Below are positions 38,060-48,473 of a stretch of 64,000 nt of DNA, in pieces. The notes below the pieces were generated by a model. That model worked only from the letters and a program-made list of their open reading frames with translations. It searched no databases and was not told the DNA's origin. The translations under genes and the position numbers were made by a program. Source of the stretch: Laspinema olomoucense D3b (GTDB lineage Bacteria > Cyanobacteriota > Cyanobacteriia > Cyanobacteriales > Laspinemataceae); assembly GCF_025370785.1 (NCBI RefSeq), contig NZ_JAMXFA010000001.1, positions 43,902 to 107,901 on the forward strand, given 5' to 3'. The stretch's first letter is position 1. Each line of letters opens with the position of its first letter.

Positions 38060-39907
38060 TTGGGAACGCTGCCGTTTAAAATCAGGGTGGTGTCTTCCGG
38101 TTTCGCCATTATGCCCCGATCCCTAAAGGTGCGTCCTTCCTGTATTTCTACCCTCAAATCCTCATTATTACGTCATGGGTTTCCCAGTCAAAAAATCCTT
38201 GCGGAAGAGTTGGGTTTTGCCCAATCTACGGTGAGTAATTTCCTGAATGGTAAACCTGTAGATTTTGCCAATTTTATCGAACTCTGTCGAGTTTTGGCGC
38301 GAGAATGGCGGGATATTGCAGATTTTGAGGATAATTCTTTACCTCTCCCCGAATCTCCCCACTCTTGGAAAATTTTAATTAGCGATCGCGCGCCTTCTTC
38401 CCTCTCGCTGCAATTTTACCAGGGGTTAAGTACAGCGGGGCATGAGGTAATTTTACCCCAAGCAACCCTGAACAAAACTTCATCCCTACAAGACTATACC
38501 CTTGCCCTAGAATCGTTTGATTATCTACTCTTACTCTTATCTCCTAACAGCTTAGAAAGCGAATTAGTGTGGGAACAAGTCCGACAAGGGCGAGAGTTGC
38601 AGAGAATGAATCCGCAAAAACTGGCGATATTACCGATTTATCAAAACCTAGGACAGCCCCCAGGGATTCCTTTTGAATTACAGCATTTATTAGAAGGAAT
38701 TCAACCCTGGCAATGGCGGCATGACGGGGATACAAATGCGATGATTTCTGACTTAATTAGCCTCTTAGGCGAAGGACGTATTGCGTTAGGTTCGGGTTAT
38801 CCTTGGGCAGTTCAAGGCTTACCTCGGACTCTGAATCATTCATCCGGGGCAATTGCCGAAGTTCCCCTTCCCCTTGCCCCTCCAGAATTGCCCGAGGGAC
38901 AGGTAGAAATTGCTTCTACCTTTTATATCAATCGCCCTCCGATTGAATCCCGCTGTTATGAAACTATCACCCAACCGGGGGCATTAATCCGCATTAAAGC
39001 CCCGCGACAGATGGGCAAAACGTCATTAATGGCGCGAATTCTCCATCATGCCGAACAAGAGGGTTCGCAAACCGTGGCGGTGAGTTTGCAACTGGCCGAT
39101 CGCCGGGTATTTAGCAGTTTAAATACCTTTTTACAGTGGTTTTATGCCAGCGTTAGCTTGGAGTTGGACCGATTAGATTTAGAACGATTGGCGAAGTATT
39201 CCCAATTAGCAGAGGCGATCGGCAGTAACCAAAGTTGCAAAGCCTATTTTGAGCAATATTTACTCCCGGAACTCAACGGTCCGTTGACCCTAGGATTAGA
39301 TGAAGTCGATCGCCTGTTTGAATTTCCTGAGATTGCCGATGATTTTTTTGGCTTATTGCGATCGCTACATGAAGAAGCGAAACGGCGAGATATTTGGAAA
39401 CAGTTCCGCTTGATTGTCGTGTATTCCAGCGAAGTTTACATCCCCTTAGATGTCAACAAATCCCCCTTTAATGTGGGATTGCCCATAGAATTACCTGAAT
39501 TTACTCCCGCCCAAGTCACGGAATTAGCCCAACGGCATGATCTCCAGTGGCATAGCAATCAGGTGGAAACATTAATGGAATTAGTCGGGGGACATCCCTA
39601 TTTAGTGCGATTAGCCCTCTATCATATTGCCCGAAAAGATGTAACTCTCACTCAATTGGTGCAAGAATCACCGACAGAAACAGGATTATATGGGGATCAC
39701 TTGCGTCGGCATTTGTGGAATTTAGAAAAATATCCCCCTCTAACTCAAGCCATGAAAGCGGTAGTTGCCCAGGTAGATCCAGTCCGCTTGCCTGGGGAAC
39801 AAGGGTTTAAATTGCAGAGTATGGGATTAGTCAAAATGAGGGGCAATGATTGCACTCCCAGATGTCGGTTATATGCCGAGTATTTTGGCGATCGCCTTAA
39901 AGATTAG
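38060..39907 (+). CDS. HTH plus TIR-like N-terminal module fused to AAA-like (STAND-type) NTPase
   Basis: The HTH is SQKILAEELGFAQSTVSNFLNG. A TIR-like beta-alpha pattern follows (KILISDRAPSS...HEVIL...DYLLLLLSPNSLESELVWEQV). The AAA-like core FYINRPPIESRCYETITQPGALIRIKAPRQMGKTSL is paralogous to the one in 31688-34444. Confidence 0.55.
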   Translation: MGTLPFKIRVVSSGFAIMPRSLKVRPSCISTLKSSLLRHGFPSQKILAEELGFAQSTVSNFLNGKPVDFANFIELCRVLAREWRDIADFEDNSLPLPESPHSWKILISDRAPSSLSLQFYQGLSTAGHEVILPQATLNKTSSLQDYTLALESFDYLLLLLSPNSLESELVWEQVRQGRELQRMNPQKLAILPIYQNLGQPPGIPFELQHLLEGIQPWQWRHDGDTNAMISDLISLLGEGRIALGSGYPWAVQGLPRTLNHSSGAIAEVPLPLAPPELPEGQVEIASTFYINRPPIESRCYETITQPGALIRIKAPRQMGKTSLMARILHHAEQEGSQTVAVSLQLADRRVFSSLNTFLQWFYASVSLELDRLDLERLAKYSQLAEAIGSNQSCKAYFEQYLLPELNGPLTLGLDEVDRLFEFPEIADDFFGLLRSLHEEAKRRDIWKQFRLIVVYSSEVYIPLDVNKSPFNVGLPIELPEFTPAQVTELAQRHDLQWHSNQVETLMELVGGHPYLVRLALYHIARKDVTLTQLVQESPTETGLYGDHLRRHLWNLEKYPPLTQAMKAVVAQVDPVRLPGEQGFKLQSMGLVKMRGNDCTPRCRLYAEYFGDRLKD

Positions 39908-39913
39908 AATCCC

Positions 39914-40399
39914 TTGGGGATGGGGGAAAACGGGGACGGCGATCGGCTATTCTGGATGCCAATGCGTTCCGTAAAACCGCCCATGTCCTTTTCTTACTCT
40001 CGCACAATTCGCTTTGCAGATACTGATGCTGCTGGGGTCGTCTATTTTGCCAATCTTCTCTCCATCTGCCATGAAGCATACGAGGCATCCCTGATGGCAA
40101 CGGGGATAGAGTTGCGAACTTTTTTTAATAACCCCAAGGCTGCCATTCCGATTGTTCATGCCGATATTGACTTTTTTCAGCCCCTGTTTTGTGGGGACGA
40201 AGTGGCGATCGCCCTGACCCCTCACGCCCTTACTGGCGATCGCTTTGAAATTACCTACGTGATCCAGGCTGCCTCAAAGCCTAAAGAACGCCCCCTGGCA
40301 AAAGGGCGAACTGAACACGTTTCCATTGATCCCCAACTGCGAACCCGCCAACCCCTGCCTCGGGCAATGATTCACTGGATCGAGAGTTGGTCCGAGTGA
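39914..40399 (+). CDS. hotdog-fold acyl-CoA thioesterase (4HBT family; candidate DHNA-CoA thioesterase of phylloquinone pathway)
   Basis: RTIRFADTDAAGVVYFANLLSICHEAYEASL matches the 4HBT pattern. It lies adjacent to the men genes. Confidence 0.55.
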   Translation: MGMGENGDGDRLFWMPMRSVKPPMSFSYSRTIRFADTDAAGVVYFANLLSICHEAYEASLMATGIELRTFFNNPKAAIPIVHADIDFFQPLFCGDEVAIALTPHALTGDRFEITYVIQAASKPKERPLAKGRTEHVSIDPQLRTRQPLPRAMIHWIESWSE

Positions 40400-40544
40400 G
40401 GGTAAAATTTTAAAAAATTCACAAAAATTTGTAAATCTTAATACGGTTTTAATCAAAGTTTAATATTATAACTATATCTCAATAAGAACACCGTGGACTC
40501 GACAGAGCGCCCACGATACTTTCCTTGTAGAACACTTAGCAATA

Positions 40545-40883
40545 ATGAAAATCGAACAAGAACTTTACGAACAGATTCGGCAATTAGGCTATTGGGACCG
40601 GACCGATCGGATTAATGAGAGTAACGAGAGTCAGCCCTTAGCAAGGGCCTGGTCAAATCCAAATACCACTGCTGCCCCAGAAACCATGTTTCAAATTGTC
40701 TGGTTACTCAGTTCGAGTAAAAGACGGCAACGACTCAACCCGATTGATGTACGAATTTTAGATCGGGCGGCGGCGGATTTGGCCTACGATCGCCGAATTG
40801 TGCCGTCTAATCAGTCCTATGTAAAATATCTTTGGGAACAGGTTTATCACATGGAATTTCCCCATGTGATGCGGGAAAATTAA
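40545..40883 (+). CDS. hypothetical protein
   Basis: A 112-aa ORF with a plausible start context. No family is recognisable. Confidence 0.25.
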   Translation: MKIEQELYEQIRQLGYWDRTDRINESNESQPLARAWSNPNTTAAPETMFQIVWLLSSSKRRQRLNPIDVRILDRAAADLAYDRRIVPSNQSYVKYLWEQVYHMEFPHVMREN

Positions 40884-40958
40884 GACCATTCCATTACTTA
40901 AAGTGACCCTTTAATCTCCTTTTGAAACCCGAATATTGCCTTTCAAATGGGTTTTTGT

Positions 40959-42398
40959 TTACGGTGTCACCTGATGGGAGAGTTGAATTAAAACCATTTC
41001 TTGAACGAAACTTCTGGATATTTTCCCCCGATTATTCCGAGGCAAACTGTCTATTTGTACCCAATATTTAGGACGCTTAAAGGGTGATAAGGTAGCGGTG
41101 AGTAACGAGGCGATCGCCTCCGACTCCACTACGCCCTTGGGAACATAAACCGCTGTCACCACTTGGCCCCAATCGCGATCCGGTACAGCGATCGCACAGA
41201 CATCTTCAACCAAACCAGTCCCCAGAATCGCCGCCTCCACTTCTGCCGGGTAAATATTTTCACCCCCACTAATAATTTTATCGCTGTGGCGTCCCACCAC
41301 AGTTAAATACCCCGCTTCATCCATAAACCCCAAATCATCGGATTGAAACGAATTCAAATCCGAGGAAAATGAGGCTAAATTTTCCCTAGGATAATACCCC
41401 TTTGCTAGAGAATCAGCTTGGATGGTAATCATCCCCGTTTTACCCACTTCTAACGCTTCCCCTTCAAGATTCGTAATCGTAATTTTGGCATGAGGCAACA
41501 ATCGCCCACAACTCGGATTTCCTGCCAGAAACTCCGCCGGTTTGAGGGTAACAATTTGGGAAGCAGTTTCCGTCATGCCGTAGGTGGGAGAAAGGGAAAT
41601 ATTGTACTGTCTCGCCCGTTCCATTAATTCCGGCCATGCCGGTGCACCTCCTAACAAAACTGTCTGAAATCGTGACAAATAATTGATAGATTCGGGAGTA
41701 TTTAAAAGTCTATTTAATTGAGTCGGAACTAGGGAAATAAAAAACTCTTCCGGATTGATTTTAGAAGCCGTTTGCTCTACAATGCTTTTATAATCAAAAA
41801 TATTTATAAACCTTCCTCCGGTGGTGAAAGACCGGAGAAATTGCATCAAACCGCTGACATGAAATAGGGGTAAAACACAGCAGGAATTAACCTCAGTGAG
41901 TTGGAAATACTGGGTAAATCCAGCCACCGATGCCATCAAAGTGTCCCAAGTATGAATCGCAAAGCGCAATTGACCCGAAGAACCCCCGGTGGGAATCATA
42001 ATTCCCGAGGGGACAGTATCCGGGGGATTTTGACAAGCCTTTCCGGGAAAGTCCTGCCCCTGATGCCATATTCGGTCCGGTTGAATCTGTTGGATAGCCG
42101 ACTGCCATTCCTGATCAACCCAGTTAGGATTGCCTAAAAACAGGGGACACTCAGCGGCAACCGCTGCAATAAAACCCGCTAAAAATCTGACTGGATCTCG
42201 TTCTGCTAGTAACAGAGTCTGGGGAATTTTACCCTGGGTTAATTGGGAAAAGAACTCCCAGGCAGTCGTCCCTAAAGGTCCTGGTTCTTCCTCCATCCAG
42301 GGGATTAAATCTGATTTTGACCAACCCAGCCCCCCTGCCTGAGTTGGGATAGCACCTGGTTTAATTGTGGGGAAGGTTCCCCAGAAAAACTCTACCAT
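40959..42398 (-). CDS. menE: o-succinylbenzoate-CoA ligase (AMP-binding enzyme)
   Basis: It has the adenylate-forming enzyme architecture with the SGG...GE motif region (ISGGENIYPAEVE) and a C-terminal K. It is translationally coupled to menC. Confidence 0.7.
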   Translation of the reverse strand: MVEFFWGTFPTIKPGAIPTQAGGLGWSKSDLIPWMEEEPGPLGTTAWEFFSQLTQGKIPQTLLLAERDPVRFLAGFIAAVAAECPLFLGNPNWVDQEWQSAIQQIQPDRIWHQGQDFPGKACQNPPDTVPSGIMIPTGGSSGQLRFAIHTWDTLMASVAGFTQYFQLTEVNSCCVLPLFHVSGLMQFLRSFTTGGRFINIFDYKSIVEQTASKINPEEFFISLVPTQLNRLLNTPESINYLSRFQTVLLGGAPAWPELMERARQYNISLSPTYGMTETASQIVTLKPAEFLAGNPSCGRLLPHAKITITNLEGEALEVGKTGMITIQADSLAKGYYPRENLASFSSDLNSFQSDDLGFMDEAGYLTVVGRHSDKIISGGENIYPAEVEAAILGTGLVEDVCAIAVPDRDWGQVVTAVYVPKGVVESEAIASLLTATLSPFKRPKYWVQIDSLPRNNRGKISRSFVQEMVLIQLSHQVTP

Positions 42399-43378
42399 AA
42401 GTCTTCTAAAAATTTCTCCGATTCCAATAAATGATCCACCCCGAACCCGAGGGCCCGTTGGCTAGAATGTTGAATTTCTCCCGCTAATTTCAAAGCTACT
42501 TTTCTGCCAACTTCTGTCTCAAATACCGAAGAGAAAACCGCATCAATTTTGTTTAAATGGCAAAACTGCCGCAATTCCGAGGGAGAACCGGCGATACAGG
42601 GTTTAATCACATAAATTCCCCGCCAACCTTGGCGATAGACGGATTGCATTTGGGGCAAAGTAGCGATGGATTCATCTAAAGCGATCGGCGTTGAAAACCG
42701 ATCAAGCAACCCCACCATCGCCTCCAACTCCGTCACCGGCAGAGGTTGTTCCAAATATTCCAGGATTCCGCCGAGTTGATCGCAGATTTGCAGCCATGCT
42801 TCAGCCTCCGCCAAACTGAGTCCCCCATTGGCATCGAGGCGGAGGGAAACCGGGTGATCGCCAGTGGCTTGCTGCAAGGCGATCGCCAGTTCCTGCAAAA
42901 TGCGTACTTCTCGCTGAAATGGCAAGACACCAATTTTCCATTTAAAAGTGCGATATCCTTGCATCCAGAGGATTTGACGCCCGAGTAAAGCCCCTTCTCC
43001 CCCGGGTAATAATCCGCTATAGTTTGATCGGGAGGAGGGAGTTTGGTCTTCCGAAAAAGCCGATTTGAAGTCAGTTTTTAAGGTAGCAGATTCCCAGGCT
43101 GATTCTAAGCCAAATTGACAAGCGGGTAAGTTTGGGGGAAGGGAAAAAATAGTGCGATCGCTAATCACATCCGGCAGGTTACGACAATAGTCTAAAGCTT
43201 CTAAGAACGTTTCCGAACCAAACCAGCCAATGGGTGCAATTTCACCCAAACCGATCTTCCCGTTATCAGCAGTTAGGCGCAGAATAATTCCCTCCCGAAT
43301 TTCCCAAGTCCCATGACTGGTTTGTAGAGGGCGTTTAAACTTGCGTTGATAGGGACGAAACTCGAATTTATAATTCAT
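42392..43378 (-). CDS. menC: o-succinylbenzoate synthase (enolase superfamily)
   Basis: The KWKIG...LRLDANGG metal-ligand blocks are present. Its stop overlaps the menE start. Confidence 0.7.
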   Translation of the reverse strand: MNYKFEFRPYQRKFKRPLQTSHGTWEIREGIILRLTADNGKIGLGEIAPIGWFGSETFLEALDYCRNLPDVISDRTIFSLPPNLPACQFGLESAWESATLKTDFKSAFSEDQTPSSRSNYSGLLPGGEGALLGRQILWMQGYRTFKWKIGVLPFQREVRILQELAIALQQATGDHPVSLRLDANGGLSLAEAEAWLQICDQLGGILEYLEQPLPVTELEAMVGLLDRFSTPIALDESIATLPQMQSVYRQGWRGIYVIKPCIAGSPSELRQFCHLNKIDAVFSSVFETEVGRKVALKLAGEIQHSSQRALGFGVDHLLESEKFLEDLW

Positions 43379-43481
43379 AATATGATGCGGTTGCCATGAA
43401 AGAGGGAGGAAAGTATCAGCCAGTGGGGGACAGCTATCCCATCCGTTTCACCGAACCCCTCCTCATGAAGGGGTGATCACC

Positions 43482-44318
43482 CTAACCTGAAAAGAATTTT
43501 ATCACTGATTTGAGATAGGCAGAGGGATTTTCCAAATGGATAGTATGCCCGCTATCGGGGATAATTTCCATTTGGGCAAGGGAACAGACTTGGGTAATTT
43601 TATGATTAATTTCTTGAAATTTCTTATCCCATTCTCCCACAAGTAACAGCAGGGGAACGGGTTCAGACGCCAGCATTTCCCAGAGGGAGGGTTGCCTGCC
43701 GCTTCCCATCTGTCGCAGCGAAATTGCTAAGGTTTTGGGCTGATTTTGCAACCGATTCTGGAAGAGGCGATCGAAGGAAGGGTGATGGCGAAGTGACTCA
43801 AACAAGGGTTGCTGATACCACTGACTTAAAAATGAGTAAAAATCGCCCGTTTCCAGTTGGTGGGCGAGAATTTCATCCCGATGACGACGTTGCGATCGCC
43901 CCTCGGCAGACTGCAAACCTGGTGAAGCGGATTCTAAAATCACTTTTTCAAAGCGTTCCGGGAAATGTAGGGTTAAATACAATGCCAATCGCCCTCCCAT
44001 TGAATATCCCAGTAAATAACACCGTCCAATTCCTAACTCATCTAATAACTCAATTAACCCTTGGGCTGTCTGAGACATTTGATAACATTCATCTCCGCCA
44101 AAAATTCGAGTTTTCCCATGCCCAGGCAAATCTACGGTCACACAGCAAAATTTATCGGATAGATGCTGAATTACTTCAAAAAAATTATCACCCTTACCCA
44201 TAAAGCCATGCAAAAATAAAATTAAAGGGTTTTGGGTGTTTCCGAAAATTTCATAATTAAACTGATACAAACTGGGCATTTTTATCAACATGAGGGGGAC
44301 AGAAAAACCGTCCCCCAC
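43482..44318 (-). CDS. menH: alpha/beta hydrolase, probable SHCHC synthase
   Basis: HGFMG precedes the GYSMGG nucleophile elbow. It sits between menC and menA. Confidence 0.55.
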   Translation of the reverse strand: MGDGFSVPLMLIKMPSLYQFNYEIFGNTQNPLILFLHGFMGKGDNFFEVIQHLSDKFCCVTVDLPGHGKTRIFGGDECYQMSQTAQGLIELLDELGIGRCYLLGYSMGGRLALYLTLHFPERFEKVILESASPGLQSAEGRSQRRHRDEILAHQLETGDFYSFLSQWYQQPLFESLRHHPSFDRLFQNRLQNQPKTLAISLRQMGSGRQPSLWEMLASEPVPLLLLVGEWDKKFQEINHKITQVCSLAQMEIIPDSGHTIHLENPSAYLKSVIKFFSG

Positions 44319-44352
44319 CCCTATTTTAAAATTTGATGACCGGCAAATATCC

Positions 44353-45249
44353 TTACAGAATAAATCCCAGACCTAACAATAACCCACTCCAAAAATGAAC
44401 GGCGATCGCAATAAATTTGCAGTTACTCACTTGGTCAGGACTGTCATGATAAGTAGCAACATGACGGCAAAGTTTCAGACTCGAAGGCAACCCCGCAAAA
44501 CAGAGTAATGTCCAAACTGGGAAGCTACCCATCGTCACCAAAACCCCTGTAATCGCGAAAATACTCCCACAAAACCAGGGCAAGAGTTGAGCACCTCGCA
44601 GAGTCCCCATGCGAACCAAAGGCGATCGCTTCCCGGCGGCTAAATCATCCTCCACCTGGTGAAAATGGGAACAGAATAACACCAAAGTGGTCGCAATTCC
44701 CACCACAAGGGAAGCCAATATACTCAGGCTGGACCAACTTTGGACTTGACTATAATAAGCCGCCGAAACCCCCAGAGGACCAAAGGCAAAAAAACAGAGA
44801 AATTCCCCCAATCCTTGATACCCCAATCGAAACGGGGGACCCTGATACATATAGCCCAAGACACAACAAAGCAGAATTAACCCCAGGACTGTTAAATCTT
44901 GTTGCCACCAACAAATTGCGCCAATTCCTAAAATACCCAGGGCTAAGCACAAGTTTCCGGCCCAAAAAATCAAAGATTTATTTCCCGTTAAATTAACTAA
45001 AGAGTGCTGCTTTTTTTTGTCAATTCCCGTGTCGGAATCAAATACATCATTGCTAATATTTTCCCAAGCCAAAATTAAAATGGCCGAACTAATAAAGGTG
45101 GAAAATATCGACCAGTTCAGGGAATGATGCTCATACCAAGCCACCGCAGTTCCCACCCAAATTGGCATAATTGCCACACTATACATGGGAGGTTTAATAG
45201 CAGCTAACCATAATTTGTAATTCGAGGGCTGAATGGTCTGAGTTGTCAT
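44353..45249 (-). CDS. menA: 1,4-dihydroxy-2-naphthoate phytyltransferase (UbiA family)
   Basis: Multi-TM UbiA fold with Asp-rich motifs (NDVFDSDTGIDK). Confidence 0.7.
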   Translation of the reverse strand: MTTQTIQPSNYKLWLAAIKPPMYSVAIMPIWVGTAVAWYEHHSLNWSIFSTFISSAILILAWENISNDVFDSDTGIDKKKQHSLVNLTGNKSLIFWAGNLCLALGILGIGAICWWQQDLTVLGLILLCCVLGYMYQGPPFRLGYQGLGEFLCFFAFGPLGVSAAYYSQVQSWSSLSILASLVVGIATTLVLFCSHFHQVEDDLAAGKRSPLVRMGTLRGAQLLPWFCGSIFAITGVLVTMGSFPVWTLLCFAGLPSSLKLCRHVATYHDSPDQVSNCKFIAIAVHFWSGLLLGLGFIL

Positions 45250-45366
45250 TGATTATTCCTATTATTCTTCCAACCAGCCCCATCATTTTACGATGGAGGA
45301 TAGAAAAGTCTGAGAGGATGAAATAAAAATTAAGAATTAATACGCAATCCGGTGGTCTCCTACGGA

Positions 45367-45387
45367 ATCCGGTTGTCAAAGGTCTGT
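45367..45387 (+). repeat. short dispersed repeat AATCCGGTTGTCAAAGGTCTG (copy 2; tandem partial copy AATCCGGTGGTC just upstream)
   Basis: It matches 11159-11180. The shared CCCACCCTTGAG block lies downstream of both copies. Confidence 0.4.
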
Positions 45388-45419
45388 AAAAACCCCCACC
45401 CTTGAGGGTGTGGGTTTTT
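45388..45419 (-). terminator. bidirectional-looking terminator hairpin downstream of the P450 gene (AAAAACCCCCACCC-ttga-GGGTGTGGGTTTTT)
   Basis: A 9-bp GC stem is flanked by A- and T-runs. It lies between the P450 stop and the menA start. Confidence 0.5.
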
Positions 45420-45441
45420 ACGATAACTACCGGATGGGACC

Positions 45442-46842
45442 CTATCCCATCGCTGCGGACAAAACAGCCGATCGCCGCTGTGTCACCACCAATTGAAAAT
45501 TAGCCGAGGGGACAAAGGTAATCCCCCGACGGTGAGGGCGAATCGGACCTTTATCGCACAGGGCCAATTCATAGCGAGAGAGGACCGTTGCCAGGACCAA
45601 CTTCATCTCATACATCGCTAGGGCCATACCGATACAACTGCGACTCCCACCGCCAAAAGGAAAATATTGATAGGGTGAAAACTTGCGATCGCAAAACCGC
45701 TGAGGCTTAAATGCCAACGGTTCCGGATAGACATCCGGACGCCGATGGGCTAAATAAATGCAAGGAACCAACACCGTCCCCGGGGCAAATTCATACCCCT
45801 GGATTTCCACCGATTCCTTTACCACCCGAGGTTGAGAAATTAAGGCGATGGGATACAGACGGAGGGCCTCTTGACAAACCGCTTGCAGAAAGGGCAATTG
45901 CGCCACTGCCATCGGGTTGGGGTGACTTCCCAGACTATCCAGTTCCGCCACCAACTGCGATCGCACCTCGGAATCCTGATGAATCCAATAAAACGCCCAA
46001 GTCAGGGCCGATGCTGTCGTATCATGACCCAACAACAGCAGGGTAATCAACTGATCGCGTAATTCCGCCTCCCCCATTCCCTCTCCCGCCTGATCTTGCG
46101 CCGACATCAGCATGGAAAGGACATCACTGCCATCAGTTTGACCCCGGCGATCGCGGATTTCTGCATAAATTAACTCATCAATTTGCTGCTGTTGGCGCAG
46201 AAATTTCCCCCAAGGACTCCAGGGACCCAAATCTTGCTGTAACGGATTCCAAAAAAATTGCACCGAGTTGAGGGTAGAGTTCACCGACTCTAAAAACGGT
46301 TCAATCAGGAGTTCGAGTTGGTGGGCACGTTCCCCTGGGTTCATGCCAAACACCACCCGCAAAATCGTTTTGAGAGAAATCGACGACAGGGCCTGACGCA
46401 GATTCAGATTAGAACCCGGTTGCCAATGGGCGATCGCCTCCGCTGTAATATCACAAATCTGGTTGCCATAACTTTGCAACCGTTCCCCATGTAAAGGCGG
46501 CATCAAAAGCTGGCGCGTTCCTTGATGCTTGGCCCCATCCTGCATAATCAGGGATTGAGACCCAGTGAGGGGGCGAAAGGGGTCGGTGATTTTGCCTAAC
46601 TCAAACGCCCCTGCCGCCGAGGTAAAAATCTGTTGAATCCCCTCTGGATGACTCAAAAACACCACCGGAGGAGAGTTTCCCCCCAATAAATGCAGGGTGA
46701 AAGGGTCACCATAGCGACTGGCATTCCGTTCCAGATAAGCCACTGGATTGGCAATCATTTGTAGCGCTTGCAGAAAAAACGGTATCCTAGGGCCTGCTGG
46801 CAACTTCATTGAACCCCCTGTAAATCCCTCAGTGACATACAA
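45442..46842 (-). CDS. cytochrome P450
   Basis: The heme-binding loop FGGGSRSCIGMALA matches FxxGxRxCxG. An EXXR motif (EALR) and the AGxDTT I-helix (LGHDTTAS) are also present. Confidence 0.8.
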   Translation of the reverse strand: MYVTEGFTGGSMKLPAGPRIPFFLQALQMIANPVAYLERNASRYGDPFTLHLLGGNSPPVVFLSHPEGIQQIFTSAAGAFELGKITDPFRPLTGSQSLIMQDGAKHQGTRQLLMPPLHGERLQSYGNQICDITAEAIAHWQPGSNLNLRQALSSISLKTILRVVFGMNPGERAHQLELLIEPFLESVNSTLNSVQFFWNPLQQDLGPWSPWGKFLRQQQQIDELIYAEIRDRRGQTDGSDVLSMLMSAQDQAGEGMGEAELRDQLITLLLLGHDTTASALTWAFYWIHQDSEVRSQLVAELDSLGSHPNPMAVAQLPFLQAVCQEALRLYPIALISQPRVVKESVEIQGYEFAPGTVLVPCIYLAHRRPDVYPEPLAFKPQRFCDRKFSPYQYFPFGGGSRSCIGMALAMYEMKLVLATVLSRYELALCDKGPIRPHRRGITFVPSANFQLVVTQRRSAVLSAAMG

Positions 46843-47006
46843 TGCTGAGAATGCGGGATCTATTTTACCGGGTAGATGTCCCCATCAAGTGCGCGTGTAC
46901 GATTCAACCGTGCGATGGTTAGATAGATAGGAGGTACTTTTGAGGGTACCCTCCGCAAACCGGGGGCTATTTCCCCCAACCAGCCCAAGAAGCCATCCTT
47001 TTCTCC

Positions 47007-48431
47007 ATGCTAGTTGTACCGTCTGATACCAACATGAAGCCAGACCGCAAGGATCTTTATCAGTTCCTTGTCGCTTGTCAGCAGGTATCCGTTGAGAAAG
47101 AATGCCCCCAGATTGCCACCCTATCCCTGGAACTTCCCCCTCTGGACCCCCTAGCGGTATGCCAAGCGATCGCCCAACCGGAGGACCCACATTTTTATTT
47201 TGAAAATGGCAATAAAGGGGAAGCGATCGCGGCGATCGGGGCGGCGATCACCTTTCATGTCCCCTCGGGTTCCTCGCGATTTGTTAAAGCGCAAACCTTT
47301 ATCCAATCCTGTCTGGCCAATACCATTACCACCGGGGCCACCGACCTCCCGTTTGCCGGACCCCACTTTTTTTGTAACTTTACCTTTTTTGACGACCTGC
47401 GCCCCCCAGAATCAGCCTTTCCTTGCGCCACGGTGTTATTACCCCGTTGGCAAGTCGCCCGATGTCACAACCGTTCTGTGTTCGTCGCCAACTTTTCCCT
47501 ATCGGCCCGAGATAATATTAAAGCCTTACATCAAGATTTATGTAATAAACTCACCCAAATTCGGTGGGCCAATTCTCGCTGGCTAGATCCGGTAAATTTT
47601 CCCAACCAATCTTTACAGAAACACGATTTTAAACCCACGGACAATTTTAGAAAATCTGTTTATTCCGCCCTAAACCGGATTAACAACAAAACTTTAAATA
47701 AAATCGTTTTAGCCGATGCCATTGATTTAAACTTTCCCCTTCCCATCAATTTGGTTAAATCTCTCAATAATTTACGCCGACTTTACCCCGATTGCTACAC
47801 CTTTGCCACGGGAAACGGTGGCGGCACCAATTTTATCGGGGCCAGTCCAGAACGCCTACTTGCCATTTATAATCACCAATTAATCACCGATGCCTTAGCC
47901 GGTTCTGCCCCGCGAGGTAAAACATCCGGAGAAGATGCAGAATTAGCCAAACTGCTGTTATCCAGCAAGAAAGAAATTCATGAACATCGAGTGGTGATTG
48001 ATTTTATCTGCGATCGCCTAACCCATTTAGGGCTAACTCCCAACATCCCCCCACAATTGTTGTTATTACAACTGTCCAATATTCAACATTTATGGACACC
48101 CATCCAAGCCACCTTACCCCCCGGCATTCATCCCTTAGACATTTTAGCTGACCTCCATCCCACTCCCGCCGTTGCTGGCGTTCCTCGGGATACCGCTTGT
48201 CAAGAAATTCGCCGGTATGAAGCCTTCGATCGCGGCTTATATGCCGCCCCATTAGGCTGGATTGATGGCTATGGTAACTGTGAATTTATTGTCGGCATTC
48301 GGTCGGCTTTAATTGAAGGCGATCGCGCCCGATTATATGCCGGGGCCGGAATTGTTGCCGGGTCGGACCCAGACAAAGAATTAGCCGAAGTGCAACTGAA
48401 GCTCAAAACTCTGTTAAAAGCCTTAGTTTAA
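47007..48431 (+). CDS. menF: isochorismate synthase
   Basis: The chorismate-binding C-terminal core is TFATGNGGGTNFIGASPERL...PTPAVAGVPR...GLYAAPLGWIDGYGNCEFIVGIRSALI. Confidence 0.7.
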   Translation: MLVVPSDTNMKPDRKDLYQFLVACQQVSVEKECPQIATLSLELPPLDPLAVCQAIAQPEDPHFYFENGNKGEAIAAIGAAITFHVPSGSSRFVKAQTFIQSCLANTITTGATDLPFAGPHFFCNFTFFDDLRPPESAFPCATVLLPRWQVARCHNRSVFVANFSLSARDNIKALHQDLCNKLTQIRWANSRWLDPVNFPNQSLQKHDFKPTDNFRKSVYSALNRINNKTLNKIVLADAIDLNFPLPINLVKSLNNLRRLYPDCYTFATGNGGGTNFIGASPERLLAIYNHQLITDALAGSAPRGKTSGEDAELAKLLLSSKKEIHEHRVVIDFICDRLTHLGLTPNIPPQLLLLQLSNIQHLWTPIQATLPPGIHPLDILADLHPTPAVAGVPRDTACQEIRRYEAFDRGLYAAPLGWIDGYGNCEFIVGIRSALIEGDRARLYAGAGIVAGSDPDKELAEVQLKLKTLLKALV

Positions 48432-48473
48432 CCTTAATCACCGGGACCATCAGGATTCCTTTTCCCCTTAAGA

